This document shows, one piece after another, positions 12,401-25,300 of a stretch of DNA of 64,000 nucleotides. The stretch comes from Bispira polyomma. Taxonomy: Eukaryota. The notes beneath the pieces are model-generated. The model was not told the origin of the DNA. It made no database searches and saw only the letters and a list, made by a program, of their open reading frames with translations. The stretch is from the NCBI GenBank assembly GCA_965649765.1, contig OZ287754.1:11098001-11162000 (forward strand). The letters run 5' to 3'. The translations under genes were made by a program, and so were the position numbers. Numbering within the stretch: position 1 is the first letter of the stretch; the number at the start of each line of letters is the position of its first letter.

Positions 12401-15200
12401 AACTCTGTATTGAAACATCTGGGTTAAACTTTCCCATATCCACATTTTTACACCAATGTAGCATAATTGTATATAATACCTGTTGATATTAAATCTGGAT
12501 TAATTTGAATTTTTAGTCTTTGGGAAATTTTAATCAAATGCCATACAGAATCACCACAGAAGATGAAGTTTGCAAGAGTAACAGATTAAAATTATATCTA
12601 TAAGATAACAAGGTAGTAGCTATTTCAAGAAATATACATGATATATGGCTCCTTCTCTTAGAAATAATCTCCCACTCCACAGCAGAATAGCAAACACCAT
12701 GTCCTCTGTTGGAAAAGATCTTAAATCTCTGTTGGTGTAATATCAGTATATTTACATCTAGTGGCTCTATAGATGAAAGTGTCAAGCTACTATATTTACT
12801 GTCATTTAAGTTCTTCTCACACATCTGTATGAAAGGACTGAAGTGCCAGTGAGGTCACAGAAATAAAGATGAGAAATCAGACAGTAGATTGTAGAACCCT
12901 TTAATATGCAAGTCTCAAAAATTAATATTAAGTATGATCTGATACAGCAAAGTACCTTAAATGTGGTCCTATATGAAAATTTATCAAACTTTAGGAAATG
13001 TCAGCTTTTTCATTTGGTTACACAGAGTGTTGTGGCAAATATATAAACTAGTAACAGAGTTTTGCTTCTTTACTGTACTTGTAATCGGAGAGTCTCACCG
13101 GTCTGTCACATGGCCCACTTCAAGCATTTCTTTATCATCTCATCAGAGACTGGAACGTGTCATAGTTTTGATGGTGTTCACTCTAACATACTATGCATGT
13201 TATATTGAGACTGTTATGAATTCTCCCACATGCCAGAGTCTATTAGCATATAACACTTAGAAGGTCTTGGAGTCACCATGTTTCTTGCATGGAATTCTGT
13301 CTTACTTAAATGTAGTTAATATGTACAGGGCTTGTTTGATGTTGTGTCAAAACAAAATATTTATTTGATATATCATTATTTACAAAATTTTATAAGGAAT
13401 AAATGTGATTTTTTTAGATTCCTACAGAAACATATAAAAAAATAATCCCAGTTGTTTGGATAGAAATCTTTAACAAATAGGTTATGTCAAAATTATGTTG
13501 CTGGACATTTTTGGGTTCCAGTTTTAAATTATGATAACAGTGACGATTAACTGCAGAAGTTTGAAGGCTGTGCGTCTTTTACTGCTGTAACCATTGTAAC
13601 CCTGATTTTATCCTAAGTAAGTCTAACTAGATTATGCATAGTTGGAGTCAGTCAGGTGACCAGTTGGTTTGTGGCGAGATGGTATTGGGACGACTTGTTT
13701 CACTAATTCAAATAGATCAACCGTGAAAGGGTTATAAGACAAGAACGTTAGATAGCATCAGCTTGTCAGCACATTACCTATTTGTGACAGTTCAATTTAA
13801 CACTGCACTAGAATGCTACTCATTTGCTTAGTGTTTTTGATATATGTTATCTTCCACTTAAAGCAGTGTGTATAATGAAATGGACTAACTGACATTTCTT
13901 TCATTTACTAAATAAAGTTTGTTGACTAGCGGCCAACAGCATTTGTTACTCCCAGAATCTATGTCTGTCTGCAAGCATTCGACAACCCTAAAATATTATT
14001 ATATTTTCCTTCAGTTCCTCGCAAATGTGAAACTCTAAGTGCAGTTAATTAGGATTTTCCTTGATATTCTGAATATTAAGTTAAAATGGTTTCCTACTCT
14101 AAATTAGCTGGAACGAAAACAGTCAGTAGTTATTTGTGCAGTTCACTGAAATTTGTTATGCTTTGGGGTTTCAAAAGCAACATTTGGAACAAAGACTCGA
14201 TATAGATGTGAAGACTGTACTAAACATCAATCCACAGAAGGTCCACAGTGAAAAAAGCTATTCGTTTGAAAGCTCATGAACAAATTTTTTATATTCGAGA
14301 TTTGCTAATGTACTTATGAAAAACCCCGTTCACATATTGGTGGTATGGTAGTCGGTACCATAAGTAATTGTAACTTGTCTGTCCACCGGTTATATCGGCT
14401 CCTCCATCTAAGGGAAATATACCCCCTCAAATATAATTCCAAAAGTACACAGGTCAAAGGTTCACTCAATGGAATAGTTTACCTCAAAGCATTGGGACAG
14501 GTTCATCCCTGCATTGCTTCCGACGTATTTAAAAACCCATTTGTTCAATGATGCATTCCCCCCATACTCTCTTTCCTGTTCCCAGTTGACGTATTGAAGA
14601 CGACTTCCTTCTGTCAATCACTAATTATATAAAACGTTTTTACTGCCTCTCCATGCCACCATAGTGTGAGCCTCACATAATATATCTTTATATTTTTAAC
14701 ACTTTTTTGTGCATTTGTTTCCCCTCTAGATAATTAAACTGTAAGCCTGTGCAGTCACTATTAAAAAATATGATTGAGATCTAAAGATGCTTCCGTTTTG
14801 TTGCTGCAGACAAAATGATCCACTCAGTACCCCTAATCTTCAACAGGATAGATGCAAATCATGCAAAAAAAAATGTGAAAAAAATTGTTAAGCTGAAAAC
14901 AGTGGACTTTGAAGTGTTGTCAGTAAAAAACAGATGACAGTTGTTAGCCAAACTTGAGTGATGTCTGTGACAATAAATGGACTTTTGCTTTTCAAAGGTC
15001 TACTGAGCAATGTCAGCCTAATACAACTGCACTAGCTGACCCCTTGTAGAGCTGCTTTAATCCTTTCGACCCTATGTTGTTGGCAAACAGTCAACAGCAT
15101 TTGTTACTCTCAGAACCCACAATAGGAAAATAGCAGACTCATTTGTTTAAAAAATGATACATGAAGCTCTTATCAAATGCCAAAAGTATTATGTGTGGTG
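9415..15200 (+). repeat. Tandem segmental duplication, copy 2
   Basis: As above; the copies differ by copy-specific TE insertions. Confidence 0.9.
10657..11353. mobile_element. PIF/Harbinger-type MITE
   Basis: TIR gcctgcgcttcctttcagcac / gtgctgaaaggaagcgtaggc with TAA TSD; empty site gctaactct at ~11542; internal ~105-bp inverted arms. Confidence 0.85.
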
Positions 15201-15244
15201 TATTAAGTTCCCTTCAGGATAGTTTTCTCTTGGTGTCAAAAGGG
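15061..15244. mobile_element. piggyBac-like MITE
   Basis: TTAA on both sides; tcctttcgac / gtcaaaaggg termini. Confidence 0.65.
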
Positions 15245-15469
15245 TTAAGCGTACAATACAGTACACTGGTATGAACACAGCTACTTTGTGACATCTACTT
15301 TTTACTTTATCTGCAGGAACTATGTTATTGCATTAGGAGATTGGAAACAAAAGTATTTAACCTATCTCTGTACATTTGGCTTCCAAATAAGGATAAATTG
15401 TGTATTAAAGTTGTTGGGATTAGGCTTGAACTTTATTTATCCATTCTTAAAATGAATCGAGGCAGTTTC

Positions 15470-15650
15470 TGTGATTTAAGTGAGTGATAAATTTGTGTAT
15501 CATCAGCATACATGTGATGATGTACGCTCAAAATATTTATATCATAACTAAAGGGGAGACGTGTATCCGGTAAAGAGCAATTGTCCCAGAACAGAGCCTT
15601 GAGGGACACCATAGGATAAATCAAAGGGGTCAGAGAAGGCGATTGTCAAT
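15470..15650 (-). mobile_element. LINE RT fragment (L2/CR1)
   Basis: HHMYADDTQIY and a GVPQGSVLG remnant. Confidence 0.75.
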
Positions 15651-16689
15651 AATCTGTTGATTTCTATCAGTAAGGTAAAAAATTATTCCATTCTAAGCAA
15701 AAACAACATTTTTCAAGTAACTTATTGCATTTATTTCTGTCGGTGATGCAACTTGGCAGTTTATGTATTCTGTGCAGTTGGATAGGCTTCATTAGAAAAA
15801 ACAACAACTTGTTTACATAAAATCATGTATGCATTGTGTCTGAGTCAGAAGGTGTTGGAGGGCATATATAAAAACCTTATGTTATTTAAATTGGGCTAGG
15901 AGCATGTATTTTTGTTAAGACACTTACATTGATTTGTAGTAATTGTTGTGGCCTTTTTAACCCTTAATTGGTGATGATCTCTCTTTTAGTGTGTAATCTT
16001 AGAAGCAAAGATGTAGTAGTTATGATATTTTCCAGAATCTTTACATATACTATGCAACAAAAAATTCTTTGATTTGATGTTTTAAAAATTATTATACTGT
16101 ACGATATAATGAAGAGTTTATTATGGTGAATGACGAAGGAAATGTCATGCAGAACTAATTTCAATTTATAATTCTTCACAAAGACTTCCATTAATTTAGA
16201 AACTTCTTGGAAATTTAAATCCATTGAGGGTATAAAAATGTTAGCATATTTATAATTAAAGTTTATTATTAAATGTTAGCATTGGATGACATTAAGAAGC
16301 CTAAAGTAAACCTTAAAAAGCTTTGTAATAGTAATATTGTGTGATAACAATGCTATTTCAATTGATATGCACTAGAAGAATATTATAGCATAATGAAATA
16401 TTTATCGAAACCCAGAGTGTTTTAAGATGTTAGTTTGTCCTAGAAAAAAACAAAACGTTAACTATGATGTATGGTCTGTTTTTTAATACATTTCTGCAGG
16501 AGTATTCTTTTTACTATAGTATATTGTACAAATCAAGTGATGAATATCATAATACAGTGGAACCCATATTAAGCATAACTCTGTTAAGTTGATTGACAAA
16601 TTTTTTCAACCACATAAAATATCCACATGCAGGTCTACATGCAAGTTGAAGTTTCTAGCTTATTGAATCCTGTTTAAAATGCACGTAAC

Positions 16690-17090
16690 CATTTTTAAAG
16701 CTGTTGTCTCTTATTTGCCTCACTACCTCGCTTCTAAACTCTCCCTCAGCAGTCCTGAGAGGAACTCTCTGTTTCCTCCAAAAAACCCACCAAGAGGATT
16801 GGATCTAGAGCCTTCTCGGTCGCCGCACCTAGTTGATGGAACAGTCTTCCAGTTGAACTAAGACTGCTTGAAACACTTTCTGGTTTTAGGAAAAAGCTTA
16901 AAACCAATCTCTTCAGACTCTTCCATTCACCATTGTCCTTTTCTTGAACGCTGACGCATCCATCCTTACGACCTGGCTATGTTTTTTTCATTTTTCAATT
17001 CGCTGATTGATTGTGATGTTGCACCTTAGAAGATGCCTAACATCAATAAGGCATGTTAAAAATGCACAATACAATATAATACAATACAAT
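16690..17090 (+). mobile_element. L2 LINE 3' end fragment
   Basis: Homologous to 54650-55030; ends gcaccttagaagatgcctaacatcaataagg with an (ACAAT)n tail. Confidence 0.75.
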
Positions 17091-17724
17091 TTTTTCAGTT
17101 ATACCAAAATCATCCGCGGATGCAATTACATGAGCATGGACCACCGTTATGATATAAGACGCCAGCAAACAGGGTCAACAAACTGGGTCACACCTAAAAC
17201 TACATATTTGCAAGTCTTTGTTTACGTCATAAACACTGGACTAAAAAAACTAATTCAAATGGATGTATTAAACAACAAAAAGTGATTTTTAGTAGGTATT
17301 TATCACTTGCGGTACATGTTTTTGTGTGTAAAATTGGGTGTTTAGGAGCTTTTTTGGGACATTTTGGAAGGTGGGCCATAATGCGAGATTGGGCACTTCC
17401 GTGGATGATTTCGGTATGTATATTTTATCAACCCAATTAGGGTGTAGCTTTTTATATACAATAGAGGCCTGGATATAAACAATGGCCAAGCCATCCTGAT
17501 CAGAGACAGAATTCCCAGACAAAACACTTATGAGACCATCTCCTATTTGTTATTGTTCTCCCCCAAAAACACAGCCCTCTAATTCGGGGAATGAACTAAC
17601 AAATTTCCTAAAAGGATCAAAATAAATAAAATAAAAGAGCCCCAAAAAAATTTGCCAAAAAAATGGTGTGATTTAGAATATCAAGAAAAGTTTTATATTG
17701 TGCTACAAAGTAATAGGTATTTAA

Positions 17725-18012
17725 CCCTTTCAGCACTTAGACTGTCGACTAGTAGGCAATGGCAATAATGTTACTCCAGGAACATATGTCTGTTGGCAAG
17801 CAAATATATTATGTAAGTTTTCTTTAGTTCCTAGCAATAGAAAATTGTTCGTACAGCAGACTTTCCTGTTTACAAACATATACGTGAGAATGTTATTAAA
17901 TGCCGGATATAGTTTGTGGTTGTGTGTTTTAGTGACTTTTCCTATCTGTAAACCATTAACAAAGGATTTCTTATTTCTATCCGGCGGTAGTTTTCTCGCA
18001 GTCACGAAAGGG
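17725..18012. mobile_element. piggyBac-like MITE
   Basis: TTAA-CCCTTTC...GAAAGGG-TTAA; internal similarity to 15061-15244. Confidence 0.75.
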
Positions 18013-19192
18013 TTAAATTAATAAAGCTGTATAACATTTGTAAAAGTGAAAAATCTAAAATTTGGCACATATCTGAAATCAAGCTGTTATAAATTACATG
18101 TAAATACATTGTATCTCTGGCATGGATGTTTTGTTTTGATTCATGTTGGTTTATTGGATTGTTTGGTTTAATTTTTTTGTTGATTTGTCACCAGGATTAT
18201 GGTAAAAAACAATTATTCCGTGTCAATTTATATTCACTCTAGCAATGTTGGGCTGAGAAATAATCCATTAAATTTTATTACAAATCTAGCTAAAAATGCG
18301 GATCGAGGATTTAGTTCAGTTTTTTGACTCTGTGGCACCTTGGCAGAGCTATGCTTTCTACTGGATGCTCTCCTAGTTTGTAAAATCTAATAGTTTGAAT
18401 TAAAAACAGAAATACAAAAATTGTTGTAGTTGAAACAGTCATATACTGATCTAAAATTATACATTTCCTATAAATTTACTAAATATTTAGTTAGTGCTGA
18501 ATAATCACTTTCTTAATTTAATTCAATAAATGGATTTGAAAATATCAAATTGTGTCTTTAGTTTGATAGTATTGCATTATCTAACATGTTAGTTTGTATT
18601 ATTTAGGACAACAGTTAAGTATACACTATAATGGTTGACGGTATCAAATACATGTGGCGTATATATACTCAGATCTATATGATATTGTTCAGTTTTGTTT
18701 TTTTAATAATTTTTTATGTCAAAATTACTTTTATACTCACCTCTATAAAATAGCAGCACATTTTCACTGTAATGTCTAATATATGAAATCTGTTCCAAAC
18801 TTCTTGTCACCAAAAAGTCAAAAGTTTAAGCTTTGCATAGTTTCTTGGTTGTTTTTTGAAATTATTCTCTTCTCTTATGAACCTAGTGGTACAAAAAAAT
18901 TCTTGGACTATTCGGTTAGGAAGAGCTTTTGATATATGGTATGGTATATATAAGTTTTTAATCGTTCTTTTTATTCTGAAAAGGGCACCATCATTGAAAA
19001 GGGTGCTGCAACCTTAGAAATAATAAGTAAGGCTTTCATGGATTGGTTGAAAACAAGCGACTTGTCCAGCGTGAGGGGTGTTAAATTTGCCTGATAGTGA
19101 ATGATAGTGTATTTCGCACTGTGCGCCTGTGTCTTTTTAAGAAAAGAACTGTTCTTTTAAAACCACTGAATTACATTGTCTTGACCTTCCAG

Positions 19193-19322
19193 TATTTCCG
19201 ACGTGGACGAGCTGGAGAGTCTTGGCCTTTACATCAATGACCTCAACATGTACGACTCTAGCAGGGAGATGGTGGTGGCTGGTTGTCAACACGCCTCTAG
19301 ATTGGAGTACTCCATAGAAAAG
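19193..19322 (+). CDS. sGC exon A: end of H-NOBA/PAS domain ([43 protein letters not shown])
   Basis: ttccag| acceptor and AAG|gtaagg donor; sGC GLY.NDL..D.SR motif. Confidence 0.93.
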
Positions 19323-22300
19323 GTAAGGCTGTGTATATATGTTATTTACTGGTTTGCATGCATGAGAGGGAATTTGAATTTAGTTGTTTTTAACAGCTTA
19401 AGGCGTGGTCTCATTCAGACGTGTGTGCATGATCATTCGAAATGGGTAGTGATGCCACGGATAATAGACTAAGCACTAAGAGAAACAAACCCAAACTAAA
19501 TCAAGACGTATACCCCTTCCCACTTTCCCTCACAAACGAACATTCATCCCTCAAACTTTTAAACTGTTCGAAACTTTCGTGACAGCAAGACAAATGCTCA
19601 TGGAAAATCAATGAAGACTTTTAAACTGATCCTAATGTAGACAAACATGAAAGAAAATTGAAACTTACTGTCACTGATAGCAACAAAGACGTCTGGGGTG
19701 CATTTGTGATGGGCATCCATTTAAATGAAATTTGGTACCCCTAAAATTTAAGCCAATTTTATAAAAACTGGGCGAAAAATGACTGGAATTCAGGTAAGTA
19801 AGGCAAAAATAGTCACAAAAAATCTAAAATTCTGAAAATATTGCCCACAATTCTACTAAAACACACAACCACATTTTCTAGGTGGCAAATTTCAGACACA
19901 GTCGTGAATTTTTTATTCCTTTTTTTATATTACAAACACAGCAAATGGATCGTAGCCGTCAGATTGAGATGAATCTCAAGAATCTAGATAAAGAACAGCA
20001 GAGATGTGAGGCGTTGTTGTACTCCATGATACCAAAGAGTACAGCACAGAGACTGAAGAATGGGGAGGATCCCATCAGTACCTGCGAGGTATGTGTACTA
20101 CACGGGTGGTCACCCAGGCTTCGGTCTTCCTTCGGCAGTGGCCAAACTGTAACATCAATACTTTCAATAGACCGTCAATGTACCTTCCAGATAATGTGTA
20201 GCACACAGCTTCGGCCTTCCTTTGGTATTGGTCAAACTGTAAAATCAATAGAAAATTAAATGTAAATTTTGTAAGTGGCAGAGGCCAAGAAAGCAAAAGT
20301 AAAAAAGCCAGCTCCACATATGTTCCAGCTTAAAGGAGGTGTTAGAGTCTGCATGACAATTACTTTCAAACCTAAGTTAGCAGTAGAGTGTCTTTAATTT
20401 TAATAGATATCTGAGATTTGCTGCATATAATAAAAGCATTGACAAATTTTCTTAAAATGTAAGAACGTCTTTACAGATGAAGAGTTGTAAATATTTCTGG
20501 TCTCTCAATGGTCAACTTCATTTAACGGAGTTGATCTGGTTATCAGATGGCCTGTTGTGTAACCAGCTATGCAGTTGCCTGTATTACCAGATAAAGTTCC
20601 AGTTTGATAGTTCTAAATTTATTAACAGTGAAATTACATTAACAATCCTAATATATCTATTTCATTACAATTAAGTAGGTCTGCCTAATAATTATTCGTT
20701 AGATAATAACAACACAGTTCAGATAATGATTAATTAGGTCTGCCTAATTAATACATTCTTTTAAATCTTACATATCTAGCCCAATGGCTGAAAACACTTC
20801 TTATTCCATCAAAAACTCAGAATAAAATCAAAGAAATCTCCAGATTGCTGTTACCAACTTATCCATCCTAATTCTGTGCTGTGGGAAAGTAATGCCTTAT
20901 AATAATAAAAGTATTGCACATGATAGTTGAACTGTCAAAGTGACAAGTTGCATACAGCTGGAGAAACACATAAATGTGTCCAGAAGTAAATATGAGAAAG
21001 CAAAATACCTTAGCCTTGCAGTGGCTATGTTTAAACTTTACATTAATCAATAAATTCCAAATGTGCAAAGGTGAGGGTGGACTGTGTATTATTCTGACAC
21101 GTAATGGAGACTGCAAATTTTGAAATACCACAACTTCAAGTAAACTCATCAGTTAAAACTACAGCAAATAAAATACATACATAACTCATCAGTTGAAACT
21201 ACAGCAAATAAAATACATATATAACTCATCAGTTAAAACTGTCTACAGACTCAATCATTACATAAAAAACACAGCAAATAAAATACATATATTCATATGA
21301 AAGTAATACAACATCCTAATGAAAAATAACATATACTACAATATCCTCCCATTTAAGGATGTTGTTCGGGTATCAATATGTCTGTACAATAATCATCACA
21401 TCCACAGTTTAAATGTTCCTTGATAGGAAGTCTGCTCCAACGTTGTCCTCTCCCTTGATGTACTCCACTTTATACATGTAAGGTTGCATGCTGAGGGCCC
21501 AACGCATAATCCTGGCATTGCTGAACTTGGCTTTGTTTAGATACTCTAATGACCTATGGTCAGTCTGAATGGTAAATTCTTGGCCATACAAATACACTTC
21601 AAATTTACCAATTGCCCACACAAGCGCAAGACACTCCATCTCAATTACAGCATAGTTTCTCTCTCTTGGCAACAATTTTCTGCTTGCATACAACACTGGA
21701 AATAGCTCACCTTCATGGTACTGCATCAACACAGCGCCTATCCCGACATTAGATGCATCGGTCCTAAGAACAAAACTTTCTTTCACATTTGGTAATTTCA
21801 ATATGGGATCTGAGCACATGATTTCCTTGAGCTTCTCTATGGCATCTCTGTGGACATCTGTTAAGGCCAGCTTTTCTGACATCTTCCTTTTCGTCAGTTC
21901 TGTCAGTGGAAACGCAATCTCAGCAAAGTTGGGTATGTACCAGCGGTAATATGAGCATAATCCGAGAAATTAGCGCAGTTGTTTCTTGGTGCTTGGGATG
22001 GGAGAGTTTCTGATCTTTTCTGACTTATCATCTTGGGTAGCTAGCATGCCACTCACAACTTTGTGTCCAAGAAAGTCAGCTTCAAAGTATCCAAGGTAAC
22101 ACTTGGAGGGTTTTAACGTCAGGTTTGCCTGTCGAACCTTTTGGAAGAAGTTTTCCATCACTGTCATGTGCTCTGACCAATCTCTGGTATGTTCCAATAC
22201 ATCATCAACATAGTGGTCAACGCACTGGAGGTAACTGCCAGTAACCTCTGCAACAATCAAATTTTGAGAAATTTCTATCATCACACAGCTTGGCAAATAT

Positions 22301-25300
22301 GGAATCGATTTCCACAGGTCTCTCACAGTCAAACTTTGTCTTTCTGTTAATATTTCTCATGTCTTGGCAGTACCTCATTGAGCCATCTTTTTTCTTGACC
22401 ATAACAAGCGGGCTGCAATATGGTGATTCAGAAACTTTGATAATGCCTAGTTGTAGCATCTCGTCTATTTGTGCCTTCATTTCTTCATACTTAGCATATG
22501 GAACTGGGTAGGGCTTTGTCCTCACTGGCACGTCGTCATCTAGCACTATATCATGCTTCACCAGGTGGGTAGTTCCTGGAGTTGACGAAAATATGTCTCC
22601 GTACCTTGCCACTAGTTCTCGGACAGCCTCTTTCTGACCACCAGACAAGTTTTCATTTATGTTTACATCCAGATGTGTTTCGACCTCTTTAGGTGTCCCA
22701 AAAATCTTGCTAGTTACAATGGCTTCACCTGGGCTGATCTCATTGTTGTCTTGATCGTCTATGATCCCCATAGCACCTGCTTCTGTGGCTTCCACTGCCA
22801 AATTGCCCCTATCAAAACACTGTTTCAGCATGTTGATGTGGTACACCTTTGTCTTCCCATTGATGTCAACAGCATAATTGTTCATCCCAATGCGGGCTCT
22901 GACTGGGTATGGTCCCTTCCAACACATCAACAGTTTATTTTCATCTGTTGAGAGGAGTATCAGGACCTTGTCATCTTCTTTCAATTCCCTCTGAATTGCC
23001 TTTCGATCAAAATATTTCTTCTGTTTGTCCTGGGCTTTCTGCAGACCCTCAGACACCAACTTCCTGGTTTCCTCAAGCCGATCCCTCAAATCAAGGACAT
23101 ACTCATATGTATATTTTACTTTTTCTTGGACCTCTTCATTTGACCACACTTCCTTCAACACTGACATAGGGCCTCGAATAGTTTTGCCATATAGCACTTC
23201 AAATGGTGAAAACCCTGCTAAACTCTCTACTGGGGTTTCCCGATATGCAAACAAGAGTGGTTCAATGTACCGGTCCCAATCCTTTGGCTGTTTTCCGACC
23301 ATCTTCTTTAACATTTGTTTCAATGTTCCATTAAATTTCTCACACAGACCATTACACTGTGCATGGTATGGACTGGTCACTAAAGGTTTGATTGAGACTA
23401 ATCTTTCAACCTCTTTCATCATGCCAGAAGTGAATTGTGTTCCACGATCACTTAACATCTCCACTGGGAATCCAACATCACTAAACATCTTAATCAATGC
23501 CTCTGCAACAGTCACTGAGTCTATGTTCTTTAGTGCCATGGCTTTCGGATATCTTGTTGCCATATCCACCATTGTGAGGATGTAACAATGGCCTCGGTGA
23601 CTGACTGGTTGTATGGGACCAATCAAGTCCACTGCTACTCTCTGGAATGGCGTATTAACAATTGGCATTCGTCCTAAAGGAGCCTTCGCCACTCTGCCCT
23701 TTGGAGCTGTTCTCTGGCATATGTCACATAACCTGCAAAAATTCTGGACATCAAGATGCATGCCTGGCCAGAAAAAGTTTGACTGTATTCTGTCTGTGGT
23801 TTTCACAATGCCCATGTGACCAGCGAGTAACGTTTCATGTCCTAGCTTCAGCACAGCTTGGCGGTACTTCTTTGGCACTACTAGTTGTTTTTCCTCTGTG
23901 TTCAGTCCCAATTTCTGCTTGGTGACTATTCTGTAAAGAAGTCCTTTTACAACACTGAATGAGGTTTTACTCTGAGCTTTAGGGTTGTATTTCACTTTCC
24001 CAATCTCTGCCCACTTTCTCTCTTTGAATAACGAAGCATCTTCCTCTTGGGCTAACTTGAAATCTGCAGGATCACCTATATCCTTCAATGCAGTTACTTT
24101 CAGTAGTTTGTCTTTTCTTTTGGCCTTCTCATGACCAAGCCTAGTTGTAACAGCTTGAGTTATGACAATGTTGTCCAGTTTCTTCAAACCTTCATCATGA
24201 TGCGATTCCCTGGGCCCTTGACCATCATTTGGGCCATTCCTGATGCCATTCTTGGCATTGTGCAGTAAGTCATGCTTCTGTTTGACATCTTCAGGTAGAT
24301 TACCTATAACCACATCACAAAGTGGATCTTCTACACACAATGCTTCAAAATAACCTGTGTAGATTGGTGAAGCAATGTACACTCTAGCAACTTGTACAGG
24401 CTTCATCGTTCTGTCAATGCTGATGTAACTACATTTGTAATTCAGCAGCTGGTCTTCTTCTACCAGACTTCTCTTCACAACTGCTCCGGTACATCCTGTA
24501 TCTCAGAGGACAGTTACATCTTTGCCATTCAATTTGCCCCTTGCGGTCGGCAAGTTCTTCATTGACTGGCTATCTTCTACAAGTAGTTTTGTGGATCCAA
24601 TTGTCGGACATCTTAATCGACCCATTCCGATGGCATGCCTTTTGCATTCATGGGTCTCTTCTACAGAGCAACAAGTGAACGTAGTAACAAGCCCCATGTC
24701 TACTGGGCTTTCATCATCAGGTGATTGCTGTACCTGGATAACTGCCACATGCTTTGCCTTTCTGCATTCATTTGCATAATGTCCTATGCCATCACAGTTA
24801 TAACACCTAACTGTAGATCTCGATTTGTTGCCATAGCTTTTTGCGCCATGACTCTCATGCCCCGTCTTGGTTGGCTTCTCAAAACTTCCTTTAGCTGCTT
24901 GGCCAATTGGTTATTCTTCTGACACACTTTGTTTGACAGTCTTCTTTGGCTTTGTGTCTGACCAAAGACTTATTTTATGAGCATCCATATATAAGTCAGC
25001 AGTTGAAGTTACCTCATCTGTTTTACTCAATGCCTTCTCCCTAACATGAGTGGCGACTTCCTTTGGACATGCAAATAAGAACTGTTGCACTACTAAAAAC
25101 TCACACAAGCCTACATATGACTCCGGAACATTTGCAAGTTTTGTCCACCTGTCAAAACAATCGGCAAGTTTGCTCATAAATTGGGAGGCAGTTTCCCCCT
25201 TTTCCATTCTGGAGCTGTGGAATCTTCTCCTGAATCCTTCCTCTGTCATTTCAAACCTTCTCAATAATGCATTCTTAAGTTTGTTATAGTCTGATATGTC

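Noticed and set aside
1-19192. Upstream sGC exons (H-NOX, LKGQM region)
   Set aside because: No supportable exon found; short exons could have been missed by eye, but they probably lie outside the window.
20868-21149. Identical 93-aa ORFs at 20868 and 26569 (and similar ones at 20477 and 26168)
   Set aside because: They lie inside the duplicated LTRs and have no protein motif.
21143-21290. CRISPR-like regularly spaced repeats
   Set aside because: Simple tandem units without unique spacers, inside a eukaryotic LTR; no cas genes.
22290-25289. Plus-strand ORFs of up to 186 aa overlapping the Gypsy pol
   Set aside because: Antisense shadows of the pol frame.
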